A DNA stretch of 64,000 bases. It comes from Vermamoeba vermiformis. Lineage: Eukaryota. This document shows positions 27,390 to 43,116 of this stretch, in pieces (within the stretch, counting starts at the first letter, position 1; every line of letters begins with the position of its first letter). A program made the position numbers and the translations under genes. The notes beneath the pieces were generated by a model. That model ran no database searches. It was not told where the DNA came from and worked only from the letters and a program-made list of their open reading frames with translations. The stretch lies in NCBI GenBank assembly GCA_045837725.1, contig JBEWZL010000003.1, positions 124,001 through 188,000 of the forward strand. Reading direction: 5' to 3'.

Positions 27390-29732
27390 TTAGCGCTTAA
27401 AGTACCCCCTAAAGCTGTTGATTTCATCGTCTGTCATATCGGGATGCCAGATGTCAAAAACAAGATGGACAGTTGGCGTGTCAGAGCTGTCATTACGCAC
27501 TTCATGTTCAATCGAATCATCGAAGATCAGCAGCTAAAAAAATAGTGCATTAGTATATAATTAATCACTATAATAATAGGACAATACCTCTCCTTGTTTG
27601 AATGATTTGGTCGTGGATCCGACTCTGATTGTGCACCCTTCACTTGGCACGATCAACGGCAGATGACATCGCAGCCTAATTGACCCAATAAGTATGCGTT
27701 ATGATATAGGTCCGAGTACTTACTTGATGTTGCATGGACCACAATGAGAAGTGATGTGTGAGTGTGGTCCGAGGATCGAAATGTACGCGTATCCGAAGCT
27801 GCATGTCATCAGCGAAGACACACCGCGCAGCATGTGCGTCAACAACGGTGCTGTTTCAGCGCTCGTGTGGTTTATTTGTCCTGACTCGACAAAGTAGAAC
27901 GATTTCCACGAGCCATTGACTGATGATGTCATGTCATCGAGACCACCTGCTTGAAGCACACAGAGGTCAGTTACTATCATATAATATCACGTGTAGTGTT
28001 ATCCACGTACTAAGTCCCATCAAGCTCTGAGTCTCCATGATGATTGCGTCTTCGTGTTGTTTGTAGAACTCGAGCAGTGGTTGCACAAAGTTGAACTTTT
28101 CGATGGCATGAAATTCTTGACATTCAAGGCCTTCAACGAATAACAACGATGGCTGCTGCAATGGATGATCTTTTGTGCATTAAATGTTAGCTATACTAAT
28201 CGTATTAGGAGTTAAGAGTATTCTTACGGTTTTTTGTGCTGAGTACGGGTCCAGTTCTGACACCTGTCAACAACGCTTCCATCACATTTTTCACTCGTGG
28301 TGAGCAAGATTTGGTAACAATTTCAAGAACTTGGCGGTTTTCTCCAAAGTCGCTGGTGCCGGTTGATCGGTGCTGACTTCCCGCGGTTGACAAATTGTCA
28401 TCAGAGTCGTCTTCAACGTCTTTAATATGCCGTCGCAACATCTTTTTATGCGCGAAAATTGCTGCTTTCATAATTTCGGGCTCTATTTTGGCTTGCAAAT
28501 CAGACATCAACGGAGGAAATGTCAAATCGAGAGTGTCATTGCTGCAACATGTCAATGTTAGAAAAATAGTCCTATATAGTCTATATTGAAATATTTATAT
28601 TAGTTAGGCGTACCCGGCCAACTTCTGTAGGATCCACGTCAACGGTTCATGAACGCCAAATTTCGCGTAACTAGACATCTCGCAGACCATCTGACAGCGA
28701 TGTTATAACCTCGTATACCTTATAAAACAGATCTTACTATATTATTTTTGCTTGCAAATCTCAAAACAGCAGCAATTCGGTTGACATAATAGCGAAAAGC
28801 ATTATCTGGCTGCAGATCCATTTTACTAATGCAAAGAGCAATCGGAATATCGGAACAAACACGCCTATATTTATAAATTAGACGACATTTATATGCAATA
28901 ACAAATTACCTGACATCTTTTATCCAGTAATTGCGGAAATAACTAAGATCTGACGCAGAAACTAAAAATATTGCGCCAGCGGCTCCAATACTATTGATAA
29001 AATTAGTTTTCGATTAATTAGACTAGGTATTACAATTATCATACTAATAACCGTCGCGCAGCACTCCAAATTTCTCTTGACCGTCTGCGATCCAAAATTA
29101 ATAAAATAAACGAAACAACGAGAGGGTGATTACGTGTATCCCAAAGATCGATATTAAACTCTCTGTCGATTGATGAAACTTTGAAACGGTGTACGCTGAC
29201 ACTAACAGTCTTTAAATAACTTGGCTTTAAAAATTTGGTCAGATCTTGTTGCAGGAGTTACATATACTCACCGTAGAATCGGGTGAATGGCATGATATTA
29301 ACTTCGTAAATGTTGTTTTGCCGGCGCCGCCTGTTAATGGAACTTTGTTTGAGTACTGCGCCAGATTTGTTGTCAACGGGACTTACTCTCGCCAACAACA
29401 ATGATTTTCAATGGCTTATTTGTGTCTGTATATTCGGTAGCCATATTAAGGGATAATCGCTCTATTTGTTTGAGCTTGAACAATTTTGAGGGCAAGATCA
29501 AGGAATAAATATTTGTGCCGTTTAGTCCAAACCGAGATCTGATTAGTCCATGCCATATTCTCTCTTTTTGCATACAATATTTACTATATTTATGCCATGA
29601 TTTATTGACACGGTTGAAAGAGCAAAGATCTGTCAAAACTTGAAGTTCCTTCAAGATCAACCTCCAAATATCACTTGGAACAATATCAATAATATTACTA
29701 ACGAGGTCATAATTAGGATTTTCGTGCTCCAT
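27390..29732 (-). CDS. F-box / Ran-like GTPase / aspartyl-asparaginyl beta-hydroxylase fusion (copy 2)
   Basis: [80 protein letters not shown]...FDDSIEHEVRNDSSDTPTVHLVFDIWHP...FKR*. Confidence 0.83.
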
Positions 29733-29994
29733 GGCATATATCAAGCTGTTAATTAAAAGTACTTTTTTCCTCTTTTTCGGACCCGTTTATGTTCTCTGAC
29801 CGACCAGTCACGTGCTTAAAAAAATTACCGGTAAAATCACCAAAACATTGTTGGGACAGTGGTGCAAAAGCTCAATAATAATGACATACTTATACAACTT
29901 AAACTAGCAGTATGGTTTCAGATCTCCTCCTTTGGATGGGTGGATCATTCGCCTGATCTTGTTTTGAATTGATTTCTTTATGTTATCTGTACAA

Positions 29995-31628
29995 TTAAAT
30001 AAATTCTACGCCTTCGTATCTTAAAGAAACATAAGTTAGCATAAAGGAAGTAATTGCGATCGGATCTACGTACTTGACTGAATCTGGAATTTTTTCTTCA
30101 TCCATCAACACTTCTCCCGTTTTAATATCAAAGACCATAATATCTGTATTTAAGTAAGAATAAATATTTGCACTTCATCAGTGTAATTACGACATCAACT
30201 TACACGTAGCGATGTCTCCTTTGTATTCTTCGCTCTTCAATGCTACAATTTCATTCTCGCGCCACGGGACATATTTAAATGACGAGAATCCATGCGTTTT
30301 GATCAGTTTCTGTTAGTAGGTTAAGTTAAGGAAATTTCAAAAATTGAAAATTTTTGCAAGTGCGAAGGGTGCACTTTACGCGTCCTAATCTCGCTTAGTA
30401 ATATAGTTATAAGGATACACCCACTTCGGAAACAGTGACCTTGCTGAATGCTTCATTAACTTGGATAGCTTTGTTCGCGCCGCGCTCTTCATCGGCAGCA
30501 TCATCGTAGCTTTCCTGCGAGAACCTACGAGGCAAAAACAACCAAGATCTGTCCACGGGATTCCAGCCAACAGCTTCGTGTACCATATAGGCTGGGTACT
30601 CTGTGGCAGTCTGTTCGCGCAAATAATTGTAACGGTCGGTCCAATTAATATGCTTAATTCTTCCGTCGCGATCGATGGTTTTGATCCAACAAGGATCGTA
30701 ATTGAGAATTGTCTGAAAGTTCATGTTAGTAATTTAAATAGTATGTATAATACTATGCACGTACGCCTTTATTATCCGTCCATTCTTTACCAAGGGATCC
30801 AACGTGCAAAACGTTGTCTTTGACTGTCAGCCACTCGCACTGCATCCGCGAATTAATTTTCGTTCATAATTCGAGGAAATAAGCGTACCTTAAAACCTTT
30901 ATCCTTATTTCCGTCGCCAGTAGCCAATACATATCGAGGCACAACAGTTTTTTCCTTGATGATTTCGTAGACTGGAAAAATAACCGTTAAAAAAATAATT
31001 AATAAATTCAAGATTACTAATACGCACCGATGCCAGTTCGATCGTCACAAGTCAATAACATATCGTTAAAATAAATAAGCTCGGATAATTCCATGCCTCG
31101 GCCACCTTCGTTGTATTTGGAGGTGATCTCGTACTGTCAAAAATTAGTATTAATTTTGATTAATATTAGGAATATTATTGTACGCAAAAGGGATGCAAGA
31201 TCATGTCGCGATCCAAATTTAAAAATATTTTTCGTTTTTCGGTTTCTTACCTCATCTGTCCACTTGATGGAATACTTCCTCGTGCCCGCGCTGCGAGTTA
31301 ATTTTCCATGTCTTAATTTGCCCTTCCATTTGTCTTCACCAACTTTTGACGCTGTATCCATATCTGACACAATCGCGATCTTGTATTCGGTCGAGCTTTC
31401 TTCGTAAGCCAAATAGGACCTCTGAAGCAGGTATCTAACTACATCTGTATCGCTTGGAGAATCTTTTGAAGTACTCCTTGACATTACAGCAAGAAGAACG
31501 AAGATGCCGATCACGGCTGCAGAAAGCAAGACGAATCTGCCTTTACGACCGAAGATCCCTGTAACTCTTTGCCATAACGAAGAATTCGATCGGGCCGAAT
31601 ACATTGCCTCGTCTTCTGGAGTGAGCAT
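29995..31628 (-). CDS. CANT1: Calcium-activated nucleotidase (CANT1/Cimex-type apyrase), type II membrane anchor
   Basis: N-terminal TM; IAIVSDMD, GRGMELSEL, CDDRTGI, GFKCEW, YMVHEAVGW, FLPRR, HGFSSFKY, ALKSEE, YEGVEFI*. Confidence 0.92.
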
Positions 31629-31900
31629 TCGATAAAATAACCGAACTGAAACAGATCAAAAAAAAAAAACGCTTGCTGACGTCACTGCACCAAAATTTCC
31701 AAGTTTTGATATGCGTTGGAGATATCTTTGTATGCACTGTAGGTTCTAGTTTTATGGTATTAAGCCGCTTTTGGGAGGTTGTAACGGAGCTACGGTTTTG
31801 CACAGTCAAAAATTAAATTGGGTGACCCAAAATTCAGAAAATTACGTCAAAATAATAACTTTTTCTTAAATAAAGAACACAAAACTACCGCTTCATCAAT

Positions 31901-34365
31901 ATGGCGAGCAGCGCGTTGGTCAGGTTGCTCCAGAACCAATACAAGAGTAAGTCCGGTTGCATCTTAAATTATTTGAATTTTACTAACGAGTTTGGAATTA
32001 GACATCCAGAAAGAACCCGTAGAAGGTTTGTTTTTCGAACCGGATGAGTCTAACCTTCAATTGTGGAAAATTTGGGTCGAAGGCCCTAAGGGAACTCCAT
32101 AGTAAGTTTACCTAATTAAAATTCTGAATGCAAATAAATCCAGAATAATTTCTACCGACGCGAGTTCTTCGCGTTAGTGACGTTCTATTATTTGCTTAAT
32201 TATTTATAATATTTTAAATCATGCCCGTTCCTTTCGGGCTGACCTTCTGGATGCTTACTGAGATTTCTATGTTTAGCGAAGGAGGCATCTACCAATTACA
32301 AATGACCTTCCCTGACACTTACCCTATGGAACCACCAGAGCTTCGCTTTGTTTCTGAATTCTGGCACCCTAATGGTACGTTTAAATTCCGGATTAGCTTT
32401 TTCAGGCTTAATAATTCTCTTTCTGGCCTTAACAACGTTCCGCAACAATTTTTTTTGGTACAAATAGGCATATTTTATCGTTGCAGGCCTATTAGAAATA
32501 TTTACGGAGCTATTCAAATTGAATTTTAAAATTAATTAAAAATTGCGTCAAGACTCCCACTCAAATTTTGCTCATATTAACCAGTCAAAGAATAGAAATT
32601 TATTATTAGCACGACAAAAATTATTTTGTTAGTGTCAGGCGTTACATTTATGCAAATTTTTTGAAAGCGGATCGCTAGGCGGTTGTCTGTAAAAATTGGC
32701 CCGTTGGCCTGTGGCCCAAAAAGTTGGCCTTGGCCCATCAGGCCACGTTGGGATGTTGGCCCGCCAAATTATTTTGCGCCGAAAAACTTATTTCATTTTA
32801 GTTTTCGAACTTTCTGATTTTTACACATATGTTTAACATAAAAACCAACAACGAGTATGTGGTAGTGATATTGTGACTATTTAAGTCATCATAGCGGCCT
32901 CTACACTGGCCAGCAAGCCCGTGGATGAGATCGCCAATCCTGATTCTGATCTGACTCGAAAAATTCCTCCTGAACATATTTTAATTTAAATATACATATA
33001 TATGCTTTCTCAAGGTTGTGGGTAACACAATTTTCGTAGAATTATGGCATTTTTTCAAAAATCAGCTTCGGAATGGGTACCTTTTTGCAGTCGCGATATA
33101 AACTGTATATTAAGTCGTTTATCTTGCGCGAGACCAACTTTCGAATAAATAATTTTTAAATACTTGAAATTCCGAAGTTTTTAATTATTGGCCTGATAAT
33201 TTTATGGCCCAGGCGGCGGGCCACGGGCCAACGGGCCAATTTTTACAAACAACCTCGCTAGGCAGTTTTCTTCTGGAAGTTTTTGAAAAACAACTGATTG
33301 CGTCCACTCGCTAACGAATATTATTTTTAAACAGTATATAAGGACGGCAAAGTTTGCATCTCCATTTTGCATCCGCCTGGCGAAGATGCGATGAGCGGCG
33401 AGCTGCCTGAAGAACGATGGTTGCCAACTCAAACAGTCACTACAGTCATGTTGAGCGTTATTTCTATGCTTGCTGACCCTAACATTAGCTCACCAGCCAA
33501 CGTCGATGCCTCGGTAAGTCTCGAATTTCCAAATCCGATCTTCATGCCGAAGGTTTAATATTAATGCAGAAATTTCTCGATATAGCGCTCAAATTAATAT
33601 TATTGTACTAACGGTATCATTAGGTCGAATGGAGAGATCGCCGACAACAGTTCTGCGAGAGATGCAAAGTCCTAGCAGAAAAATCCAAAAAGTACGTTCT
33701 ATAATTCGTTGCGCGATTCCTTTGCGCATTAAAAATATGTACTAACGATAATGTATCATTAGACAAGTCCCTGCACACGTTGTTATTCCTCATCCTGAAA
33801 CCAACCCCGCAGAAAAGAAAGCAGCCCTCGAGCGAAGAAAAATTCTGGAAGGTAAGAATAATATTCTTTCGGATATTCTAATGACAGAATTCATCGACAA
33901 ATATCGCGTTATAATTTATCAAATCTTTTTTGTTTGACGTGGTTTGTAACGTGACGTAATTGACTGACAAATTTATCCTTCGTAGGTGGTGATAATGACT
34001 TTATGATGGATTACTCTGACGAAGACGACGACGTCGGTGGTGATGATGACATTGATTACGATGAGATGTACGTTGACGACGATGACTTCGGATCTGATAT
34101 GGACAACGAGGACGATGAAGACGGTAGTGAAGTCGAAGAAGATGAAGAGGACAGTGAAGAAGACACGAAGAAGAAAAAGAAAGACGAGGCGCCTAAGAAG
34201 GTTGAGGCCGCTAAGACTGAAGATAAGAAGAAATTAGCGCAATCGAGCGAAGTTAAGAAAGACAAGTCGTCGAGTTCAAAGGACAAATCAAAAGACAAGA
34301 AAGATAAGAAAGAAAAATCGACGAAAGAAAAAGAAAAGTCCAAAAAGTCGAAGGAAAAAGTATAG
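31901..34365 (+). CDS. CDC34: Ubiquitin-conjugating enzyme E2, CDC34/UBE2R-like (acidic loop and acidic/charged tail)
   Basis: [48 protein letters not shown]-rich then K-rich tail. Confidence 0.8.
32681..33254. mobile_element. Non-autonomous DNA transposon (MITE, Mutator-like) in an E2 intron
   Basis: 37-bp TIRs with 2 mismatches, GGTTGT(C/T)TGTAAAAATTGGCCCGTTGGCC(T/C)GTGGCCC; perfect 9-bp TSD TCGCTAGGC at 32672-32680 and 33255-33263. Confidence 0.88.
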
Positions 34366-34856
34366 AATAAGCTAGGCTTTCGTTTTTGTTGCGAAGATCT
34401 GGATCTTCTGATCTTCGAATTTAAACGATTGATTTACGCCTTGGCTTATTTGTAGTTACATAGTAGTTTTATAGTTTTAACCCCCTCAAACCTTGTTAAT
34501 TTTTTTTCAATTGTAAAGAACTGTTCCTTGTAGAATAAACCAATTTAACGTTTTATTTAATCAATTTTCAGTTTGTGCTGCTATCATAAGCTCTATTAAT
34601 ACAATATGAGATTCGCCGTCGTCGTTGGTTACGATAATAAAGCCATCCGGAAGGTTCATTCTTTTTTCTTCTTCTTCGTTCTCGTCCGTTGGCAAAACGA
34701 AGAATCTTCTTACAATAGCAGTTCTTAGTCAAGACTAAGCTCAGAGCAAGTTTCTGAGTGGTGCGTGGCTGATCTGACTTGTTCGAGATAAACATTTGAT
34801 TTTCGCTGCAGACCTTTTGTTTTTGTGCATATTCATCAAAGAGCAACATATCAATA

Positions 34857-35672
34857 ATGGAAGGTGATAGACCAAGCCCTGCTGCCGTTCAGCAATTTCA
34901 ACAGATGAGACAAGAGCTGAATGCACTTGCTCAAACTATTGGAGAGAAAGAAATCGAAAAAAGCGAACACGAGTACGTGCAAAAATATGTATTCAGTTTA
35001 GAAACAATTATTAGGAGTTATTCAGCCTTCATAGACAAAAATCCAAAAAAATAATTGGATTCGTCTTTTAAAAAATTCAAGCGCCACTGTAAATGCCCAC
35101 ATATTTATCATAATCTATAATAATAATTTTAAAAATATTTACATGGTTAATTTTAATGTCTGTAGCCGAAACCAAAAGATCGTGACCAAATCTCTTGTAG
35201 ATCGCCTTCAGTACTAACAAGCTTTCGATTATAGATTGGTCATTAAGGCTATTGAAAATCTTGATAAGAACAGACGATGCTGGCGATTAGTTGGCGGCGT
35301 TCTCGTCGAGCGAACAGTTGGTGAAGTCTTGCCTGCTGTACAGAAAAACAAAACCGATGTAAGTGCCAAATATTCCTTAATATACAATACAAGATATTTT
35401 TGTAGTTCGTAAGGACGTTTATTCTATTTTTTCAGATCCTGTGTAACGAGATTGAGATCATGAATCTACGTAACTCGTTTGCTAATTGCTTTATTTACCA
35501 AATATAGATCACCAAAACTATCGACCTTTTGACCGAACAATTAGAGAAGAAAGAAAAGGCTCTGACAGAGTTTGCTATTAAATTCAAATTGGTGCGCAGT
35601 GTTAACGAGGATAAATTGGAGGCCACACAACAGAAGAGCAATACTAATAAGACTACTGGTGTATTGGCTTAA
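34857..35672 (+). CDS. PFDN2: Prefoldin subunit 2
   Basis: SEHELVI...RRCWRLVGGVLVERTVGEVLPAV...GVLA*; 3 exons. Confidence 0.92.
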
Positions 35673-35960
35673 TTTTGTAGCAATATCTGCGTATTTTGTT
35701 TAATATAAAAAAACTTCTCCTGAGATCTTTGTAGCGGAGACTTTTTGCTGCCGGATTCGAAAGAAAACGATCGCTTTTCACAGTTTTTATCGTTATAATA
35801 GTTTATTAAGCCAATCTTTGGTCGTGTTTAGCTATTTCAAATGAGTTGCCAACCTTTCAGAGTGAGCTTCATTTCCCGCTTTTTTGGCCAATTATTCCCC
35901 AATTTAATTTCCCACTAACAGTTGGACACAAGAACACAATCAAACAATAAATTTTAAAAT

Positions 35961-38131
<2,171 letters not shown>

Positions 38132-38742
38132 ACGTTATAAATTAAGTTTAATTGAATAGGCTGCCCTACCTAGTTTTTCCAGAGGATCTGCTTCCTAACG
38201 CGAACAACTGACGCTTGATTCATAGAAGATTGCAAGCAAAAGCCCAAGAAGATCTTAATTGGTAATAACTCCGCTCGCTCGGCTCGTAACGGTAATAAGC
38301 CAAAATAGGAAAACTCGTTACAAATTAAATGGATCTTAACTTTTTTTAGAATGGCAACACGAATTAATAAGAGGAATGAGAGCTCGTTAGTCCGATAATA
38401 TCATGTGATAGGGATGCATCAAATATGAAATGACGGTTACTCAAGGTAAGCCGATTTATGACAGCATTAATTAATTTGTATTGATTGCGAAATATGGACC
38501 GACATTTGTTTACTGATTACGCTGTTGATGTTAATCGCAATTTATCCATTTAATGAAACTAAGCGACGCACAAGAAGATCTTTTTTTTTGGGGTTCGACT
38601 TTATCCCCGAAAATCCTGTCAAATTGTGTCACCATTTGTGCTACGACCAAGTTTAGAAGACCGTTCTTCGATATACTTCATTCATTCGCATTTGAAACAC
38701 AACAAGGCTTTGGCACCTTTAAAACCTTATCAAGATCTAAAA

Positions 38743-40607
38743 ATGACCAACGGATTCAGGAACGTACTGGTGACTGCATTGACAGTACTTTGTCTAATAA
38801 GCCAGTCGCAAGCAAATGTGATATTAATATTACGCGATGGCAGTCAAATAGAAATGGAGAGTTATCAAATATTTTATCCTGGTACGTACGAGATCACATC
38901 TGGCCGAATAAATTGCAACAATTTATCGGCAATCTTGGTAACTCAAAGCGACTTTATTAATAGTATACTTAGGCAGTCCTGCTGAGCCCTTGACCGAACC
39001 AATCAACGCCGAATTAGTCAATTCTGCAATTGAAGGGAGTTCTTTCTTTGGACCGACGATGTTGCTATGGAAGACGTTATATTTGAGGCTCAAAAAGCGG
39101 GCAGCGTAGGAGCAGTAATCACCTCGAAAATTAGTACGTAGTATTATTCAATCGTTTTCTGTATTGTGCCATAATCGTACACATCCTTCTGGATTTACTT
39201 TGCGTGCACCCGATCCGATTTTTCGGCGATTTCTAATACCTTCATAGGCGTCGGTGGATATCTAGGCTATCATGTTAACCAGCCTAACATTGCACGTCAA
39301 ATTACTATTCCAATTACCGAAGTTGGCGGTTCGAAGCAGCGAGATTTGCTTTGGAAACTCTACAAAAATGACTCGATTGCCTCTGCTACTATATTGCCTG
39401 ATTGTACGTAAATTGAACAGACTAAAATAAGCGTTCATTAACCCTTAATTTAGCGGCAGAAAATCCTTGGTTTATCGTCATGTCCTCGCCTTGGCAGTTT
39501 GTCTGGATCGGTAGGATAATCATATTATGGTACACATTCATTAATATCGATATCAATAGCATTTATGGTCGCGTTCTCGGTCGTCAACATCATTTTGGCG
39601 GTCATCAAAATGTTTCAATTTGTCAGATCTTACGGTGGTTGCAAAAATGCTATTGTTTTCTATATCTTGCCTATTGAAATATTTTCAAATGTTAGTAAGT
39701 TGGCTTAAATTCTATTATTTCCTTATTTGGCAAAATTTCTAATTCGACTGATCCACTTTCTAGTACGCATTCTAGCCTCGTTGGATATGTTCGGTAACAA
39801 CCGATTTTACCCGCATTGGCTCAGTACTGCCCTTGGTGAGCTTAGCTTCCCTTTTGTGCTCGCGTCACTGCTGCTGTTCATTTTATTTTGGCACGAAATG
39901 ATGACGACTGAAGCGGTTGTCATTCATCCGTTCATTCACAAAATGAGAATTCCTTTCTACGTCATTTCAGGCTTCGTGCTAGCACTTCAAATCATACGAA
40001 TCATAGTCTTTAGTCTTAACGTTATGGACGGATCCAGCTTCATCACGTGTAAGCCGTTCATTGACACGTGTCACTTTTTGACAACAAAAACTAACCTCGT
40101 TTTTCAGCGATTGTCTATTTAGCCCTTGCTCTATTTATCGTCATATTCTATTATATTACTGGAATTAAGCTTATCAAAAGACTGCGACTAAGCAAGAAAA
40201 TGGGTCGTGCTGTTAGCCTACGTCGGGCAAGTTGCAATTCATTAATTTCTTAGCAATTCAATCTAATCATATTACCTATAGTCTACTATTAAAGTCCTCA
40301 TCAACGGCTTCCTTATCTTTTCATTCGTCGTGCTTACCATTGTCTTTACTATGGGCTCGGAATCTTCGCCTGCCGGTCAGTAGAAATTAAATGCAAAGCG
40401 TTTTTTTCGCATTCTGACGACAAATTTTTTCAAGGCTGGGTGACAATGTGGTTCATATTATTTGCACTTCTAAATGCCACGTCGCTGGTGAACATTTTGG
40501 CCTTCGAATCTGCCGCGTCGAAGAAGACCCCGTCAGTTGAGCGATCAACTGAAAAGCAGCTCTCTAATCTCGGAACATCATCTGCTAATAGTAATAGCGC
40601 TAACTAG
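38743..40607 (+). CDS. Signal peptide + PA-like domain + multi-pass (about 7 TM) membrane protein
   Basis: Signal-like N-terminus; CYEDVIFEAQKAGSVGAVI (PA-like); ENPW followed by several hydrophobic helices (LLFILFWHEMM). Confidence 0.65.
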
Positions 40608-41323
40608 AGTCGCGTTAAGCCACCGCAAAAAATTTAGGCCGAAAAGTTGCGCGGTTTTTTCTGCCTTGGGACAACAACGTTGAATTCTTGTCGAGGTTAA
40701 ACGAAAAAAAGTTAATTTATTTGCAAAAACGAGTGTATATAAACATACTTCTTGCTTCGACATGAGTAGATTAGGGAGAAGGGGTAGTCATTGGAATAAA
40801 ATATGAAAATAAATCAAAAGAATTACTTGAAACGTTTTGCAGTCGCCTCATTCCAGAACAACCAACAAAAAAATGCCAAAGGAAAATCAGAATAATTCCG
40901 GAATTCTGATTATTTTACACACGCCCACTTCGAACCAGACCCGGAAGTGACTCGTTTCTTCAACACTGTCCGCACTGAAAAACTAATCGATGCGAAAGCG
41001 TCGATCCTTTTGCCTATTTACAACTAGCACGCAAAATCCCAGAAATTTTAACAAACGTAGTCCCAACCTCTTTAAAATATGGGGCGAGGAAGTAATAAAA
41101 AGGCCGAGGAAGGTGGCAAACTTCGGTTTCTCACCTATTTTTTAACCAGCAGTCCTAAGTTCAACACTATCTTATCGATCTAATTCTGGCAGGACTCGCG
41201 TCAGTTTATTTTTTCTGGTTCGGTGATCAGACCGTTTTACATGGAACGGGTTCGCACTTACTGACGCAAAATTTAATAAACGTTTTTTCTCTCAGTTTGG
41301 TTTAGTTATAATTTGCAAAAGAA

Positions 41324-42835
41324 ATGGAACACAAGCAAACGCCCAGAAAAATTCGAGTGACCATCGTCAACTTTCAAGGTGGCGCTAAGAAAGTCATCGT
41401 GGTTGATTCTGGCAACTGGGATTCGCTCATCCATCAAGCAGCCGATAAATTTCGCATAAGAAGAGGTAATTTGACATTAAAATAGCGTTTTGAATATTAA
41501 ACAATTCGGACTACGCAATAGTAATTGTTAGACATTTTTAAAATAATTTATTTTCATTTGAGTAAATTATCTTAGGGCTGTAACACTGAAAAATTGTTTA
41601 ATTATGCTAGTACATACAATATAAAATTATTTAAAAATATTATTGAAGCTGTTGAACGTCGATCTCATTAATTTCTCAGATCAAATCCGCTTGCTTTCCG
41701 ATTGGTCGCGAGAAGAAATTCAGCGCAAAGATTTCACCGAAAATATCCGATTGGATGCTGATGGAGGGTTGAAATTGATATTAATGGAAGACGCAATTAA
41801 AAAACAACATGATCTAAAAGGCGTTCCATTGACACGTCAGACAAAAGTCATGCAAAGTGTTCCATCAACTAAGCCGTACAAAAATAATTATACGAAAGTT
41901 ATTAAGACTAAAAAAGGCAAAAAAAATCAGCCAGAAACAATTTTGGATCGCACCTTCGTGCTTGACGAGACTTTACCACCCTTAGAATATGGTTCGTATA
42001 CTCCAAATTTATACCGTATACTTCTTATCTATCATATAATGATATTATTGTATTTTTACCGTTCAGGCTCGTATTAACGCAACATTTTTGCAGATGAGCG
42101 AAATCTCGGAGAGCGAACGAGACCGCACGGTTTATTCGAAATTTTGCCTTTTTTGTACTTAGGCGAAGAAAAAACAAGCAGGAAAAGAGAAATGTTAGGC
42201 TCATTAGGCGTCACTCATATTCTCAATGTAGCCGCTCATTGTACGAATCATTTTCCGGATCACTTTACGTACTTGAAGATCAGTTTATATGACGATATGA
42301 GACAAGACCTACTAGACCACTTTCATACCGGCATAATGTTCATTGGTAAGTCCAATCCAGACTAACACGGTACCGTTCAGTGAAAAGTATATACCAAGAA
42401 AATTTTTTTTTCGAGATCCGCTGGCAATCGGCTGCTAACGCTCGTATTAATTATAATTATAGAGGATGTAAGAAAATCTGGTGGAAAAGTTCTCGTTCAT
42501 TGTCAAGGAGGTACAGCAAAAAAAAATCATCTGTTTGTTGAGTTTGATCATTTTTACGTGACTTTCCTAATTTAGGCATCAGTCGTTCCACGTCATTCAT
42601 CATCGCGTATTTAATGAAAGTATACAACCAGCCGTTCGAATACTGTCACAAATTCTTACGCAGCAAAAAGAGTTCGATTAAACCGAACGATAATTTTTTG
42701 CAACAACTGCGGCAATGGGAAAACGATCGCTATAAATTCTCATTATTGAAACAAGCATTAGACGAACTTGAAGCTGAAGAAACAAAATCGAACGAAGAAG
42801 GTTTGGATAATCAAGGAGTCACAGAAGATGAATAG
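41324..42835 (+). CDS. Dual-specificity protein phosphatase
   Basis: EILPFLYLG, VTHILNVA, KVLVHCQGGISRSTSFIIAYLM, IKPNDNFLQQL. Confidence 0.9.
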
Positions 42836-43116
42836 TAGATCGCTAAAAAACACCTAGTCCTAATAAGGAAATAGCCATCATCATGTTTTACCCGATAAGG
42901 CGTGAATCCTACCAATGATACTATGATGCGTAACATACTCATCTCGGATCCAAAAATCCTTGCAGAACAAGAGTGCTGTAAATCTTCGATTAAAGTATCT
43001 AACTTTACACTGTACGAATTTTTCAACTTCACGAAATAGATTTTCACTGAAGACAGCATTATTTACATTCAAACAAGTGGTATTGCGGCAAGAAAGGAGG
43101 AAGCGCTGTGGTCTTA

